A DNA stretch of 64,000 nt from a virus (IMGVR_UViG_3300021181_000010:1-64000); one strand, 5' to 3'. Shown: positions 37,459 through 47,188, counted from the first letter of the stretch. Made by a program: numbers and translations. The notes: a model not told the origin generated them from the letters alone.

Positions 37459-38593
37459 GCAAACTGTCGAACCTAGGACCGCCCTCCACTAAATGAGCCA
37501 CGTATCCAGCGTCTTCGGGACCGATCTTTTTTGGTCGAATCGCAAACAGCACTGCCGGATGATAAACTGTCGTCGGCACCAACGGTATAGAAGATGGCAT
37601 CGAAATTCCAGTTTCAGCCTTCACATTCAAATTGTAAAAAGCATCGAACACAATGAAGACCGGCCATTGCGTATCGGTACGAACGACGGCACGCATTTTC
37701 ACTTTTTTCAATGCATCTTCCAATTTCAAAGGGTCCAAAGTCCGATGCTGCCCCAAGTGCAACATGACGATCTTGATGTCTGAATCACCCTTTGTCGAAT
37801 GAGTCTGCAAGAATTTATACACCGACTGTGACAACTTCCCGGCTGGCGACGAATTGAACAATTTTTCCGCTGTCTGATACGCCCATCCAACGGCTTTCGC
37901 TACGGTTCCATGTGTCGGACTTTCGGTGATCAATTTCATGTACCGATCTTCATTGGTCTTGGTCGCCAGGGGAAGCATCAGGCCGACATCCTTCGACTTA
38001 GTTCGTTCGTTGTATCCTTCATTGAACAGGCGTAAAACCGAAGACCAAGAATTACCGCCAACTTGTCCCAGTGTCTTTCCTGATTTCTTGGCACCGGCTT
38101 TCAATGAAATTTTCTCGAAGATGTACTTGTCAGTTTTTACGGTAATATCGGCTTTGGTTCCAGTGTTGTTTGAAATTCCATCAACATCAATCTCAAGTTT
38201 GTTGTCGATGTTGTTCTGATACATCGCTTCGGCCAGAGCTTCAATACGAGGAGAGTTGACATAAGAAGCAGCAGCATCACCGACACGAGCCAGGAGTTTC
38301 AGGTCCAATGCTCTTAAGTCGGCCATCATGCGTTTACCAAGATTCAGCAGGAAGACGATTTTGTCTTTAGCTGTACCGCCCATGTCCATTTTAACTTGAG
38401 ACTTGGTGCTGCCTTTTGGTGTGAGAGGAGCCTTCTGCATGACCTTCAGAGCTTTCATGACATCTGAAGACGTGACTTTGCCGATTTGACCGTTTGGCTT
38501 ACGGAGAATGAGTTTGGCTACGATGGCGGCACCAAGCACACCTTCTGCTAGATTGCCTTCGTTGACTACTTTGTCTTTTTGTTTGAGTGCCAC
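37424..38593 (-). CDS. Hypothetical protein, 389 aa
   Basis: Long Lys-rich ORF without a motif I recognise. Confidence 0.45.
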   Translation of the reverse strand: MALKQKDKVVNEGNLAEGVLGAAIVAKLILRKPNGQIGKVTSSDVMKALKVMQKAPLTPKGSTKSQVKMDMGGTAKDKIVFLLNLGKRMMADLRALDLKLLARVGDAAASYVNSPRIEALAEAMYQNNIDNKLEIDVDGISNNTGTKADITVKTDKYIFEKISLKAGAKKSGKTLGQVGGNSWSSVLRLFNEGYNERTKSKDVGLMLPLATKTNEDRYMKLITESPTHGTVAKAVGWAYQTAEKLFNSSPAGKLSQSVYKFLQTHSTKGDSDIKIVMLHLGQHRTLDPLKLEDALKKVKMRAVVRTDTQWPVFIVFDAFYNLNVKAETGISMPSSIPLVPTTVYHPAVLFAIRPKKIGPEDAGYVAHLVEGGPRFDSLLEEKNERIQTV

Positions 38594-38597
38594 ACGC

Positions 38598-39392
38598 CTA
38601 TTTAGAAAGAGCGTGTACTACTTTCTGAGGATTGACGTGATACCAACCGGAACAATGCAGACAGTTGATTTCGCCGACTTTGAGTCCTTTGTCAGTCTTA
38701 AAAATGTCAATGACGTAGCTGTCAGTAGCGAAGGGGAACTTTTCTACCATGCGTTGGGCGTAGCTGGTGACGTACCAATTCTCGTCGGCATTGGAATACT
38801 GAATGTCACCATTGCGGACGTATTGGGAAGCTGAGACTACTTCACCGTTAATGACCCAGACTCGCCATTCATCAGTGATCGTTTTGACCGGCGCAGTGAC
38901 GAACAGAGAATCGCCATTGATCGGATGCCAGTCGTGATGATGTGGATTAGAATCGTTTTCTCGATCTTCTGTAAAACCACGAACCCAATCCGGCCATGCA
39001 TAGGCGTTGATAACTTTGCCTTTGATGATGTTAAATCCGGCAGCTTCACGAATATAAATTTTGCCTTGGTCTGGAACCACCAACTTGTCGAGCGGACCAA
39101 CCGTCATGTCGTAGTTGATGAATTCTTCGCCAAGAGCAAGCAGGCTGGAGTATTCGTAACTTTTGTCCCAGAACACTTTCCATCCTTGTTTCATTGCATA
39201 GGCGACGAAGGATCGTGTACCAAAAGGAATCAGTTCGCTTGGTACAGTGTCGGTGAGCTTGAGATCAATCGTGGATTCCCAGAACACATAGTCGAGTTGG
39301 ATACGGCGGTCGCCAGTTGCATCGATAGCGGCTGTGAATTGGTCGATCCCAAATTCGTCACCAAACATTGCATTTTGTACGAGCCAGATCAT
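38598..39392 (-). CDS. Hypothetical protein, 264 aa (possibly ATP-grasp-like)
   Basis: No firm motif; assignment speculative. Confidence 0.4.
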   Translation of the reverse strand: MIWLVQNAMFGDEFGIDQFTAAIDATGDRRIQLDYVFWESTIDLKLTDTVPSELIPFGTRSFVAYAMKQGWKVFWDKSYEYSSLLALGEEFINYDMTVGPLDKLVVPDQGKIYIREAAGFNIIKGKVINAYAWPDWVRGFTEDRENDSNPHHHDWHPINGDSLFVTAPVKTITDEWRVWVINGEVVSASQYVRNGDIQYSNADENWYVTSYAQRMVEKFPFATDSYVIDIFKTDKGLKVGEINCLHCSGWYHVNPQKVVHALSK

Positions 39393-39520
39393 AGTGGGTC
39401 CTGAGATTTTTCAATCATGTCGATATTGCAATAGGGACAGGTCGCCGGGAAATTTGTAGATTCGCACTGACAGACGGGACAGGCCGAAAGAAAGGTCTGA
39501 TTGAAAGTTGATTTAGTATC
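39389..39520 (-). CDS. Small zinc-ribbon protein (43 aa)
   Basis: MDTKSTFNQTFLSACPVCQCESTNFPATCPYCNIDMIEKSQDPL: CxxC...CxxC; start placed after stop of upstream gene. Confidence 0.35.
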   Translation of the reverse strand, partial: DTKSTFNQTFLSACPVCQCESTNFPATCPYCNIDMIEKSQDPL

Positions 39521-39977
39521 CATTTTTGGCAATAAAGTCCAATGTATCTTTGAGTGGCGTAACCAACAGAGGATGTCCAAGAGGCGTTTCGTAAAACCCT
39601 TTGCTGATTTCCATTCGCTTGATCGGATTGTGAAGGATCTTGAAATCGCCTTCGACTGGTTTCTTATTGACCGATTCAATTTTACCACAGACCAGACACA
39701 TACGAGTTTCAGGATGCCAGTCGTCGTTGTCCCAGGAATACGAACCACCGTAGTAGGAGTGTAGAGTAACAACAACTTTGTGCGTACACTCAGCCTTAAG
39801 AGCTTCGATCTCGGCGTTCAATTCCCTAGTAAGTTTTTGCTTGAGAATTTCTTTGGTACGAATCTGCTTGGCGAGAGATTTGTAAGTCATTGACAACCAC
39901 CTGCATAAACCAGTAATACTGCTATGGTCAATGTTAACAAACCACCCACGCCGAAAGCTACTGGAATAGACCACCAA
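39513..39977 (-). CDS. Hypothetical coiled-coil protein with CxxC pair
   Basis: 154-aa ORF. Confidence 0.4.
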   Translation of the reverse strand: MVVYSSSFRRGWFVNIDHSSITGLCRWLSMTYKSLAKQIRTKEILKQKLTRELNAEIEALKAECTHKVVVTLHSYYGGSYSWDNDDWHPETRMCLVCGKIESVNKKPVEGDFKILHNPIKRMEISKGFYETPLGHPLLVTPLKDTLDFIAKNGY

Positions 39978-40024
39978 GGAACCGAATTCCTCTTCATGAA
40001 TTCTTCAATCATGAAATCATTCTA

Positions 40025-40564
40025 TCACGATTGTTTGACAGGCGCAATCAGAGCGACAGCGAGTTTGCCATCTTGACGTGGAATCGATTCAGGCTTTCCA
40101 AATGGCTCCAGGTCGGCAATGAGACGTTTGAGAAGATCGTATCCAATGTTGGTATGAGCGATCTCTCGGCCACGGAACTGAACGACGGCTCGGACTTTGT
40201 TGCCGTCTTTCAGGAATTCAATTGCATGTTTCTTTTTGAAATCGTAATCGTGATCGTCAGTGTTTGGCCGGAACTTCAGTTCTTTGATGACGGTGACGTG
40301 TTGGTGACGCTTTGCTTCTTGTTTTTTCTTTTTCTCTTCAAACAAATACTTACCGTGGTCCATAACTTTGGCGACGGGCGGCTTGGCAGTTGGAGAAATG
40401 CAGATGAGATCAAGGTTGAGTGCTCTGGCTCGTTGGATTGCTTGATTGGTTGGAAGGATGACGTTGGAGCCATCTGGGAAGATTGTCCGAACTTCAGGAA
40501 ACCGGATACCTTCGTTTACGTTATCTTTGATTTTTGGTCGTGGGGTTCTTGGTTGATATGCCAT
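40025..40564 (-). CDS. infC: Translation initiation factor IF-3 homolog
   Basis: 179 aa; VNEGIRFPEVRTIFPDGSNV...ALNLDLICISPTAKPPVAKVMDHGKYLFEEKKKKQEAKRHQHVTVIKELKFRPNTDDHDYDFKKKHAIEFLKDGNKVRAVVQFRGREIAHTNIG follows the conserved IF-3 N-/C-domain sequence pattern. Confidence 0.8.
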   Translation of the reverse strand: MAYQPRTPRPKIKDNVNEGIRFPEVRTIFPDGSNVILPTNQAIQRARALNLDLICISPTAKPPVAKVMDHGKYLFEEKKKKQEAKRHQHVTVIKELKFRPNTDDHDYDFKKKHAIEFLKDGNKVRAVVQFRGREIAHTNIGYDLLKRLIADLEPFGKPESIPRQDGKLAVALIAPVKQS

Positions 40565-40585
40565 TAAGTGTAATTATTTAGACCT

Positions 40586-40984
40586 TTACCACTTGATTAA
40601 TAAAGTCCATTCGGTGTAGGCAGCATGAGAGTAGTCACCTTCACCACAACTGGCGGCAGTGTCCTTATATTCTGGATAGTATTTGGAAATAAGGGCCACA
40701 TGATACCCTTCGTTTTCTAGTAGTTGTCTAGCGGCAGTAGTGACAACCCGTCCATTATCATCTTTCCACCAATCAGGAGAGACTTCTAAAGATTGAAGAC
40801 CTTTGCTGGCAGCTTCTTCAATTTTCTTGTGAATCTTTTCGACCATCTCTTTTGGATACTTGTCTTTCAAGTCCAATTGAAATTTTTTGGTTTCTTCTTC
40901 CCGCCTGATCCGGTCGGCCTCACTCTTTTCCCAGGCGAGTTGATTGGCTTTTTTGGTTGCGGCGGCAGCTTCTTTTGCAGTCAT
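40586..40984 (-). CDS. Hypothetical protein
   Basis: 132-aa ORF, Lys/Glu-rich N-terminus. Confidence 0.4.
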   Translation of the reverse strand: MTAKEAAAATKKANQLAWEKSEADRIRREEETKKFQLDLKDKYPKEMVEKIHKKIEEAASKGLQSLEVSPDWWKDDNGRVVTTAARQLLENEGYHVALISKYYPEYKDTAASCGEGDYSHAAYTEWTLLIKW

Positions 40985-41041
40985 AGTTTATAACGTGGCC
41001 GGATGCTATTAGTCACCCGGCTACGCCCACAGCGATGGATA

Positions 41042-41548
41042 TTACTCCACCAAATCGAATGCCCAGTTTGCCGCTTGAATCGACGTATCGAGCAGACGAA
41101 GTTCTTGACTCAGGTCATCGACGAGCTTGGTAAAATAGGCCAAGCTGACACCAGGAGCCACGAGCATTTTCGGAGCGTTCTCACCGTACATGCGGCGAGA
41201 CTGATTACGCCCACGAATTTGCTCTTTGATATTTGCAAAATGTTGGATCTGCGATTTCAAGGCATCACGATGAGCAAGCGCCTGCATCATGGTTCGTTCG
41301 CCGACCATCGTAGAATTGTTGGAAGTGTTGATGGAAACCGTCAGTGCTTCCCAACGATGAAATGCACTATGAAGAGAGATTAACAGTGCAGCAGCGTCTT
41401 CTCTTTCATCGTCATCGGCTACAAGACCGGGTAGCCCGAGACCAATCGTTGGTTCTTCAACTAATGCTGCTTCTGAAAAACGACGGTTCAGGTCTGTAAT
41501 ACGTGCGCCCAAGGCTTTCTTTTCGAGCAATGCTTCTGCAAGTTTCAT
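41042..41548 (-). CDS. Hypothetical protein
   Basis: 168-aa ORF. Confidence 0.4.
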   Translation of the reverse strand: MKLAEALLEKKALGARITDLNRRFSEAALVEEPTIGLGLPGLVADDDEREDAAALLISLHSAFHRWEALTVSINTSNNSTMVGERTMMQALAHRDALKSQIQHFANIKEQIRGRNQSRRMYGENAPKMLVAPGVSLAYFTKLVDDLSQELRLLDTSIQAANWAFDLVE

Positions 41549-41557
41549 AATGTCCTT

Positions 41558-41770
41558 TTAATCTCGTCCCGATCCCCAAGTGTTGTTTGGCTCGTATGAG
41601 CATTGTTCGACCGTTGCCATTGCACGAACAAAAACGATGCCACCATGTTCTACCTCTGGAAGAGAGAAATCAATATCTTTGATGTCACACTTAAGATTTT
41701 TGCGGATTAGATATTGTTTAATTGCTAATTTGATCTCTGGCTCGTCAAGAGTTACTTGGTGTGTCAACAT
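41558..41770 (-). CDS. Hypothetical protein
   Basis: 70-aa ORF. Confidence 0.3.
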   Translation of the reverse strand: MLTHQVTLDEPEIKLAIKQYLIRKNLKCDIKDIDFSLPEVEHGGIVFVRAMATVEQCSYEPNNTWGSGRD

Positions 41771-41810
41771 GCTTTGATGATACTGTATTTTTGTTGAGTT
41801 GTAAAGGGGT

Positions 41811-41842
41811 GCTGCGAAAACACCCCCTTTTGATGGCCGCAG
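41811..41842. terminator. Rho-independent terminator-like hairpin (GGGGTG-ctgcgaaaa-CACCCC then TTTTG)
   Basis: 6-bp GC-rich stem, 9-nt loop, T-run on plus strand; complementary strand gives GGGGGTG...CACCCC plus TTTAC, so it may act in both directions at the edge of the tRNA-like array. Confidence 0.5.
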
Positions 41843-42129
41843 GATTCTACTGTTTCCAATCCTGCCAAAGTCAACCGCTAAACTTTCCCGGTTGGTCAGC
41901 CTACGTCTCGTGCAGGCTACGCTATTCTTTCACAGTATGTCACGATACTTGCCGAACCAATTAAGGCCGGGGAACTGACTGTCAGCTACTCGATAAAGAA
42001 TAAATTTTAGTGGAAGCATCCGACCATCTTACGATGACTTTGCTGCCCCGTCCACAAGCGGGAACGTTTTAGCCTGTTTCGATTACTCTAACAGATTACT
42101 CTTTCGAGAGACGTTCGTGACAGACTTTT

Positions 42130-43100
42130 TAACCCAGGTCTGCCAGCCGGATTCTCCTCAAATGGAGTTGTCGGCGAACCGATTCCATACACTCAGGAGT
42201 CGAGAAATTTTTGATCCGAACAAATGGGAGCAATGGATGTTGTTAGGTGCTCTACCATTGAGCTACGTCCTCCATAATAATTTTGGGAGGACGATGGGAC
42301 TCGAACCCATAACCACCCGCTTAATAGGCGATAACCCATCACGAACGGCTCGAATCAAACTTGAATCGTGAACAAATAAGCGCCATCCGAGGTTTAGCAT
42401 CTTAACCATTAGACGATACTAGTTTTACCCAGCAGCGGGACTCGAACCCACATCGCTCGTTTTATAGACGATAACGGACAACAAACGGCTCACGAAAATT
42501 TTGGTGCGAACAAATGGCGACAGTAGGGAATGCTCACTCTTTTCAAGTTTTGCTGAACTTCGCCCAGGCCGAGACCTTTACGAGCGGTGAGGATTCGACC
42601 CCACTCTTTCATTACCCTTGCGGATAATGACGTTCCAAACCAATAGATAACCTACCAATCAACGGCTCACACTAAACTCTTCTACTTGTTTTTATAATCG
42701 GTCTCGTAGAACCCCGATCCTTTGAAGTGAATCGCAACAGGCGACATCAACTTCTCCAGCTTACCACCGCACTCATGTCTGTCAAGCGGTGCATCATCCA
42801 TTCGTTGTCGAACTTCAAATATTTCTCCGCACTTTTCACAAACGTATTCGTACAGTGCCATTCAAATTTATTGTCCGAACAAATGATCGCCTAAGGAAAT
42901 TTGTGACGGTCGCTCTACCAACTGAGCTACATCCAACGTTAACGTTCGCACGCCTAGATGGAAGACAGGACTCGAACCTGCGGCCTACTGTTTGGAATGA
43001 TAACCCTAAACTACGGCTCGAACAAAACTCTATCTCCCGAAAGGATCTTCCTTCACTTCTGGCTCCATATTACCGTTCGCACGACTTTTTAGCCATCGTT
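42130..43100 (-). other. Array of atypical tRNA-like units (T-arm, acceptor and D-arm segments with shared flanking motifs)
   Basis: Four T-arm-like GGTTCGA(G/A)TCC hairpins (rc at 42306, 42447, 42590, 42969), D-arm-like GCTCA(A/G)TGGTAGAGC segments (rc at 42249 and 42908), repeated motifs CGAACAAATG (42221, 42372, 42496, 42876) and AACGGCTC (42335, 42484, 42660, 43003); none folds into a canonical tRNA by eye. Confidence 0.4.
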
Positions 43101-43125
43101 CTAGCTTAAACTACAGGAGAAAATC

Positions 43126-43202
43126 TGGTAGTCAGTCTCGGACTCGAACCGAGGGCCTTCTCCGTGTAAAGGAGTTGCTCTAACCAACTGAGCTAACCGA
43201 CT
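43126..43202 (-). tRNA. tRNA-Val (anticodon TAC)
   Basis: Acceptor AGTCGGT/ACTGACT, D-arm GCTCAGTTGGTTAGAGC, anticodon stem ACTCC/GGAGA loop TTTACAC, T-arm CTCGGTTCGAGTCCGAG, CCA. Confidence 0.8.
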
Positions 43203-43207
43203 AAAAT

Positions 43208-43284
43208 TGGTAGCGGATCTAGGAGTCGAACCTAGTATCTCAAGGTTATGAGTCTTGAATGGTTGTCCGTTCCACTCACCCGCA
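43208..43284 (-). tRNA. tRNA-Met or Ile2 (anticodon CAT)
   Basis: T-arm CTAGGTTCGACTCCTAG, CCA encoded, anticodon loop CTCATAA; acceptor has one T-T mismatch at 1-72 as read by eye. Confidence 0.6.
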
Positions 43285-43401
43285 AATCGAAACCGGAGCA
43301 TACTGCGCTCTACGGTAAACTTGTATTCCTGCCTACGTCCTCTCGCCTTCAGTCATTATGGTACGAAACCCATGCATAGATTCCGCACTGAGGATCATCA
43401 G

Positions 43402-43851
43402 TCACCGTAAAGCTCGGTTCGCATCTACGAACAACTGCAACGCTACGGAATGCCGTTTTTCCGGCAGGAAATTCTCATATGTTTCTATCCTGTGGCAATT
43501 GGCACACAGAACTTCACATTTTGCAATCTCAGCACGTACCCTAGCTTCGCTCCAACATTTACGAACCGCATCGGCCACGTTTGCTACTTTATCACGCAAA
43601 TGATGAAAATCAAGAACTCTAAAATCCTTGATCCCACATTCTACGCATCCACTCGCCTCTTTCAAAGTTCTAACCAACAACAGAAGACGCTCTTTCGTAG
43701 CACGATTATGAATCAATGCCCTAGCTTTTAACTTGGCTTTGTTATTCAAATAATGCCGATGAGCACTCTCTTTCTGTTTGATCTTACACTTATGAGGCAT
43801 TCTGGTTGCGGCAGATGGCTTCGATCCATCGACTTCTTGCTTATGAGGCAA
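43402..43851 (-). CDS. HNH endonuclease
   Basis: CVECG...LDFHHLRDK...CANCH HNH zinc-finger nuclease motif; sits inside the tRNA-like region. Confidence 0.65.
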   Translation of the reverse strand: MPHKQEVDGSKPSAATRMPHKCKIKQKESAHRHYLNNKAKLKARALIHNRATKERLLLLVRTLKEASGCVECGIKDFRVLDFHHLRDKVANVADAVRKCWSEARVRAEIAKCEVLCANCHRIETYENFLPEKRHSVALQLFVDANRALR

Positions 43852-44174
43852 GCGTTCTACCGGGCTGAACTATACCGCAAAAACTTTCGCAATGAACAAA
43901 TTTTTCAATGTCGGGTTTTCCTGGCATCTTAAAAGAACGCTGATAACCAACATCTTCGGCTCATCACTGCTTTACTATCTATACACGCAAAAATTGTGTA
44001 GAGCGAACAAATATGTAGGTCTCCGCTTGTAACTACCGCCCGGACGCAATCAATATTACTACTGACTGCGGTATGGAATCGAACCACATCGCCTTTTTTG
44101 CAGAAAGAGAACAGAAACCCAGGCGGCTCACTCTGACTTATTTAGAATACCACACCCAGTCACAGTGTCAAGTA

Positions 44175-44480
44175 TTATTTTCCGAGAAAGAACAAAGACG
44201 AATAGATGCCGGTCACCGTACCAAGAACACCACCGGCAGTATAACCGATCCATTGAATAAAAGTGTCCTCATCTTTGCCTTTCATCATTTTCTTGATCAC
44301 AAAAAATGTCAATGAGGCCAGTGTTGTATCTGTGATGATAGCCGCCAGAACGTTAGCCTGTGCGACGGCTCTCCATGAGATTGTACAAAGACCCCAATTG
44401 AAAAACTGCATGGCTCCAATTTCAAGTGCATCAATGATCTGTTTCTTGTTGACTGCTGGAAATCGGAAAATTACTTTCAT
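44175..44480 (-). CDS. Small membrane protein
   Basis: 101 aa, two TM helices. Confidence 0.35.
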   Translation of the reverse strand: MKVIFRFPAVNKKQIIDALEIGAMQFFNWGLCTISWRAVAQANVLAAIITDTTLASLTFFVIKKMMKGKDEDTFIQWIGYTAGGVLGTVTGIYSSLFFLGK

Positions 44481-44493
44481 GCTTGGATTTAGA

Positions 44494-44967
44494 CTAAGCT
44501 AAAACTGCAACATGCTTACCCAGGCGTGCAGAAAAATAACTTACAGCTTCTTCATACGAAGAGAAAATGTTCGCAGTCGGAAACCTTTCACGAAGATCCT
44601 TTTCAGTCTTCTTCAGAGCTTTTAAGAGATGGCCGCTGTACTCTCTGTTGTCGAACACAATCACAGTAGTACTTGGCTTATCGTACAAGCCCATCACAGC
44701 CTCGACAATGCTGTAGACAGAAACATGTGTCGCATCGCCGGGGTTCGGAGAGCAGATGTAAAAGAGGTTATATTGCGCCTCACGTTTTGCCTGATCTTCT
44801 GCGACTTGACATTCCGGTGTCCAATCAGGAACTACAGGATTATAAAGGGATTCTGCCGGAACACCAGCAGCTACAAGATCATCAATGAAAGTGGACCGCC
44901 ATGTGGTAGATCCGACAGTACCGCCAAGGAAAATGGATGTGTGTGACATGAATTTATCACACCACAT
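44494..44967 (-). CDS. Nucleoside 2-deoxyribosyltransferase-like protein
   Basis: N-terminal IFLGGT glycine-rich motif typical of the nucleoside deoxyribosyltransferase-like fold; weak. Confidence 0.35.
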   Translation of the reverse strand: MWCDKFMSHTSIFLGGTVGSTTWRSTFIDDLVAAGVPAESLYNPVVPDWTPECQVAEDQAKREAQYNLFYICSPNPGDATHVSVYSIVEAVMGLYDKPSTTVIVFDNREYSGHLLKALKKTEKDLRERFPTANIFSSYEEAVSYFSARLGKHVAVLA

Positions 44968-44971
44968 ATTC

Positions 44972-45322
44972 CTATTCTGTCAACATTGAGGCGTAGATAA
45001 GAAGCTCTTCTTGAGATCTAAAGTAATGTTCGATTTTGCGAGAACATTCAAGATGACTCGGCATGAAACTACTGTACATGCATAAAGTACAGCCCATATC
45101 ATGCCGAGAGCGTAGAAACGTCGTCAGAGGCGCTGGAAGATCCTTTCGGTCCTCTAGGTCATACAAGTCCTGTTCAGCACGTCCTAACGTCTTCATGCGC
45201 TCGGCACACTCTTTCATCACACTATCTTTGAAATTCGATTCAGTAATCAGACGTGCATTCACACTGGCAGCTTTCTTTGCTACCATCCACGTCCGTAATG
45301 TATCGAAAATCAGTTTATCCAT
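44972..45322 (-). CDS. Hypothetical protein
   Basis: 116-aa ORF. Confidence 0.35.
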   Translation of the reverse strand: MDKLIFDTLRTWMVAKKAASVNARLITESNFKDSVMKECAERMKTLGRAEQDLYDLEDRKDLPAPLTTFLRSRHDMGCTLCMYSSFMPSHLECSRKIEHYFRSQEELLIYASMLTE

Positions 45323-45647
45323 TTATTGGGGTTGCCAAATACTTCAAAAGATCGGTCGGTGTTCTTGGACCGTCATATCGTGAAACTTCAACCCCGCCTT
45401 TGAACAGAGCCAAGGCGGGAATGGACCGGATTTTGAACTGCTCGGTCTGGATTGGATTTTCGTCAATGTTCAATTTACCAACTTTCACTGCACCGGCAAT
45501 ATCGTTCGCTACGATTTCCAAAACTGGCGTCAGCTTCACACACGGACCACACCAGGGTGCCCAAAAATCCACCAGGACGGGTAACTCAGACTTCAGTACT
45601 TCTTCCTCAAAATTTGCGTCAGTCAATTCTACAATGTTCTCGCTCAT
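45315..45647 (-). CDS. trx: Thioredoxin
   Basis: FWAPWCGPC active-site motif, 110 aa, full thioredoxin fold pattern. Confidence 0.9.
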   Translation of the reverse strand: MSENIVELTDANFEEEVLKSELPVLVDFWAPWCGPCVKLTPVLEIVANDIAGAVKVGKLNIDENPIQTEQFKIRSIPALALFKGGVEVSRYDGPRTPTDLLKYLATPING

Positions 45648-45770
45648 GCTTTCCTTCCCTTAATTGGTTCCTTCCGATGATTCTTGCAGTAATATTGCCC
45701 GTTTTCCATGTGCCGGGTTACTTTACCGCAGCCAATAACACACGGTCTTGCTTTGTTTCGTCCAGTCATT
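45645..45770 (-). CDS. Small zinc-ribbon protein (41 aa) translationally coupled to thioredoxin
   Basis: MTGRNKARPCVIGCGKVTRHMENGQYYCKNHRKEPIKGRKA; stop TGA overlaps the thioredoxin ATG; below ORF-track cutoff. Confidence 0.3.
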
Positions 45771-45929
45771 TGTCCTCTTGTTTAGTATAGCATTCCAGGC
45801 ATCTTACCGTCGTCGTTCGATTGGTCAGGATGGTATGTCCACACTCGCCTCGCACCACGTTAGGATAACCATTTAGCGCCGGTCTGATCACTTCAGTAAT
45901 TTTCACCGAAGGCCAGTTCTTTAGAAACA

Positions 45930-46529
45930 TCATTCCCAATAGTTACGATACTCTGTGCCGTAAACTTCATTTAGCTTCTTGAAGTAGGCATCAGTTTTGA
46001 TCTTCACCTGGAAACCATCACCCTTTGCCACGACGCCTTCCCATACAGGATACACCCCTTTTCGCACATCGTCAATGAACTGCTTGTTGAGGTTGCCTTC
46101 GTAGACTACCTGTGCAGCTTGGGGCATGTCACCGAACGTCTTCAGGAATGTTCTAGGGGCCATGAAACCACGTTTGAACAAGAATGCATCGATCAGACGA
46201 AGTTCCATCAAATCGTTAGGATCATGTTGACCGGCAAAACTGTTGGGGCCGAAAAATTCTGTGAAAACTGTGATGCGTTGGATGCCTCGCTCCAAATGTT
46301 TCACCCGACGCACGATCTCATCGCCCAATGTGTCTTTGAAAATTGGAATTGCTTTGGCATACAACGGATCAGACTCATCGAACAACTGATGCTTGGTGCC
46401 GTACTTATGCCAGCCTTGTTTCGGCGACCATTCCCAACGCAAGTTGCTTCCATCGTACTTGTAAAAAGCAATGCAAGGCTTTCCCAATGGTGCCTTAGCG
46501 CTGCCGTCGATGGAAGGGAACTGTTGCAT
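45930..46529 (-). CDS. Small nucleotidyltransferase of the RNA/DNA ligase family (KxDG motif)
   Basis: CIAFYKYDGSNLR contains the adenylyltransferase motif I (KxDG) of ATP-dependent ligases; 199 aa is short for a complete ligase. Confidence 0.45.
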   Translation of the reverse strand: MQQFPSIDGSAKAPLGKPCIAFYKYDGSNLRWEWSPKQGWHKYGTKHQLFDESDPLYAKAIPIFKDTLGDEIVRRVKHLERGIQRITVFTEFFGPNSFAGQHDPNDLMELRLIDAFLFKRGFMAPRTFLKTFGDMPQAAQVVYEGNLNKQFIDDVRKGVYPVWEGVVAKGDGFQVKIKTDAYFKKLNEVYGTEYRNYWE

Positions 46530-46713
46530 TATTTTAGTGACTTTAGATATTCCGAAATTCGTGCATCTCTTATGGCTTGATCCTGTTTGAATGCTTTCAT
46601 CTGAGCGTTGAACTTGCGTCGTTCTTCATTTGGCAAAAACCATCCAATTAACAGGCCGACGACAGCCGATCCTGCGAGAAACATCCAAATTTCAGAATTG
46701 GTCATTTATAAGT

Positions 46714-46795
46714 GAGCGGGTGCGGGAGTTGAACCCACATTTCCATCGGTGATCAAACCGGGCTAGGCGTCCTGTCCATTTAGACGAACCCTCTC
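46714..46795 (-). pseudogene. tRNA-like element with aberrant anticodon arm
   Basis: T-arm GTGGGTTCAACTCCCGC, acceptor GAGAGGG/ACCCGCT (one mismatch), D-arm CGTCTAAATGGACAGGACG, but the anticodon region CGGT-TTGATC-ACCG has a 6-nt loop; no CCA. Confidence 0.3.
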
Positions 46796-46804
46796 ATAAC
46801 CTTT

Positions 46805-47188
46805 CTATCCCGTTGCCTTCATCATCAACGGGGCGGTGTCGATCTGCTTCGCACAGGCAGTCGTATAAAGCTGTCGAACGTTGGTCGCCGTAAATTCTTG
46901 ATTGAACCGGGTCTTGAATCCATCATGATTTAGAATTCGTGCAATGGTATTGAACGACGAATTCACTTTACGGAGTGACATCATTCGCTCGGTCACTGCT
47001 TCCAAATTGTAATCAGGATTGGTCGGCTTCTTTCCGATGTTCACACCAGCTTCTTTTGAGACATGAGCACTCAATTCGAGAATCAAACCTTCGTGGTTCT
47101 TTTCCTCGAATGCAACGTCTTCTTTAAGATTGGCAATCCGATTTTTGGACTGCCGGATCTTATTCATGATTTCTTTGTACGATGGCAC
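46805..47188 (-). CDS. Hypothetical protein
   Basis: 127-aa ORF. Confidence 0.4.
   Translation of the reverse strand: MPSYKEIMNKIRQSKNRIANLKEDVAFEEKNHEGLILELSAHVSKEAGVNIGKKPTNPDYNLEAVTERMMSLRKVNSSFNTIARILNHDGFKTRFNQEFTATNVRQLYTTACAKQIDTAPLMMKATG

Noticed and set aside
41003-41383. 126-aa plus-strand ORF opposite the 41042-41548 gene
   Set aside because: It is fully contained in the minus-strand ORF, which has a better start context and fits the prevailing minus-strand gene orientation.
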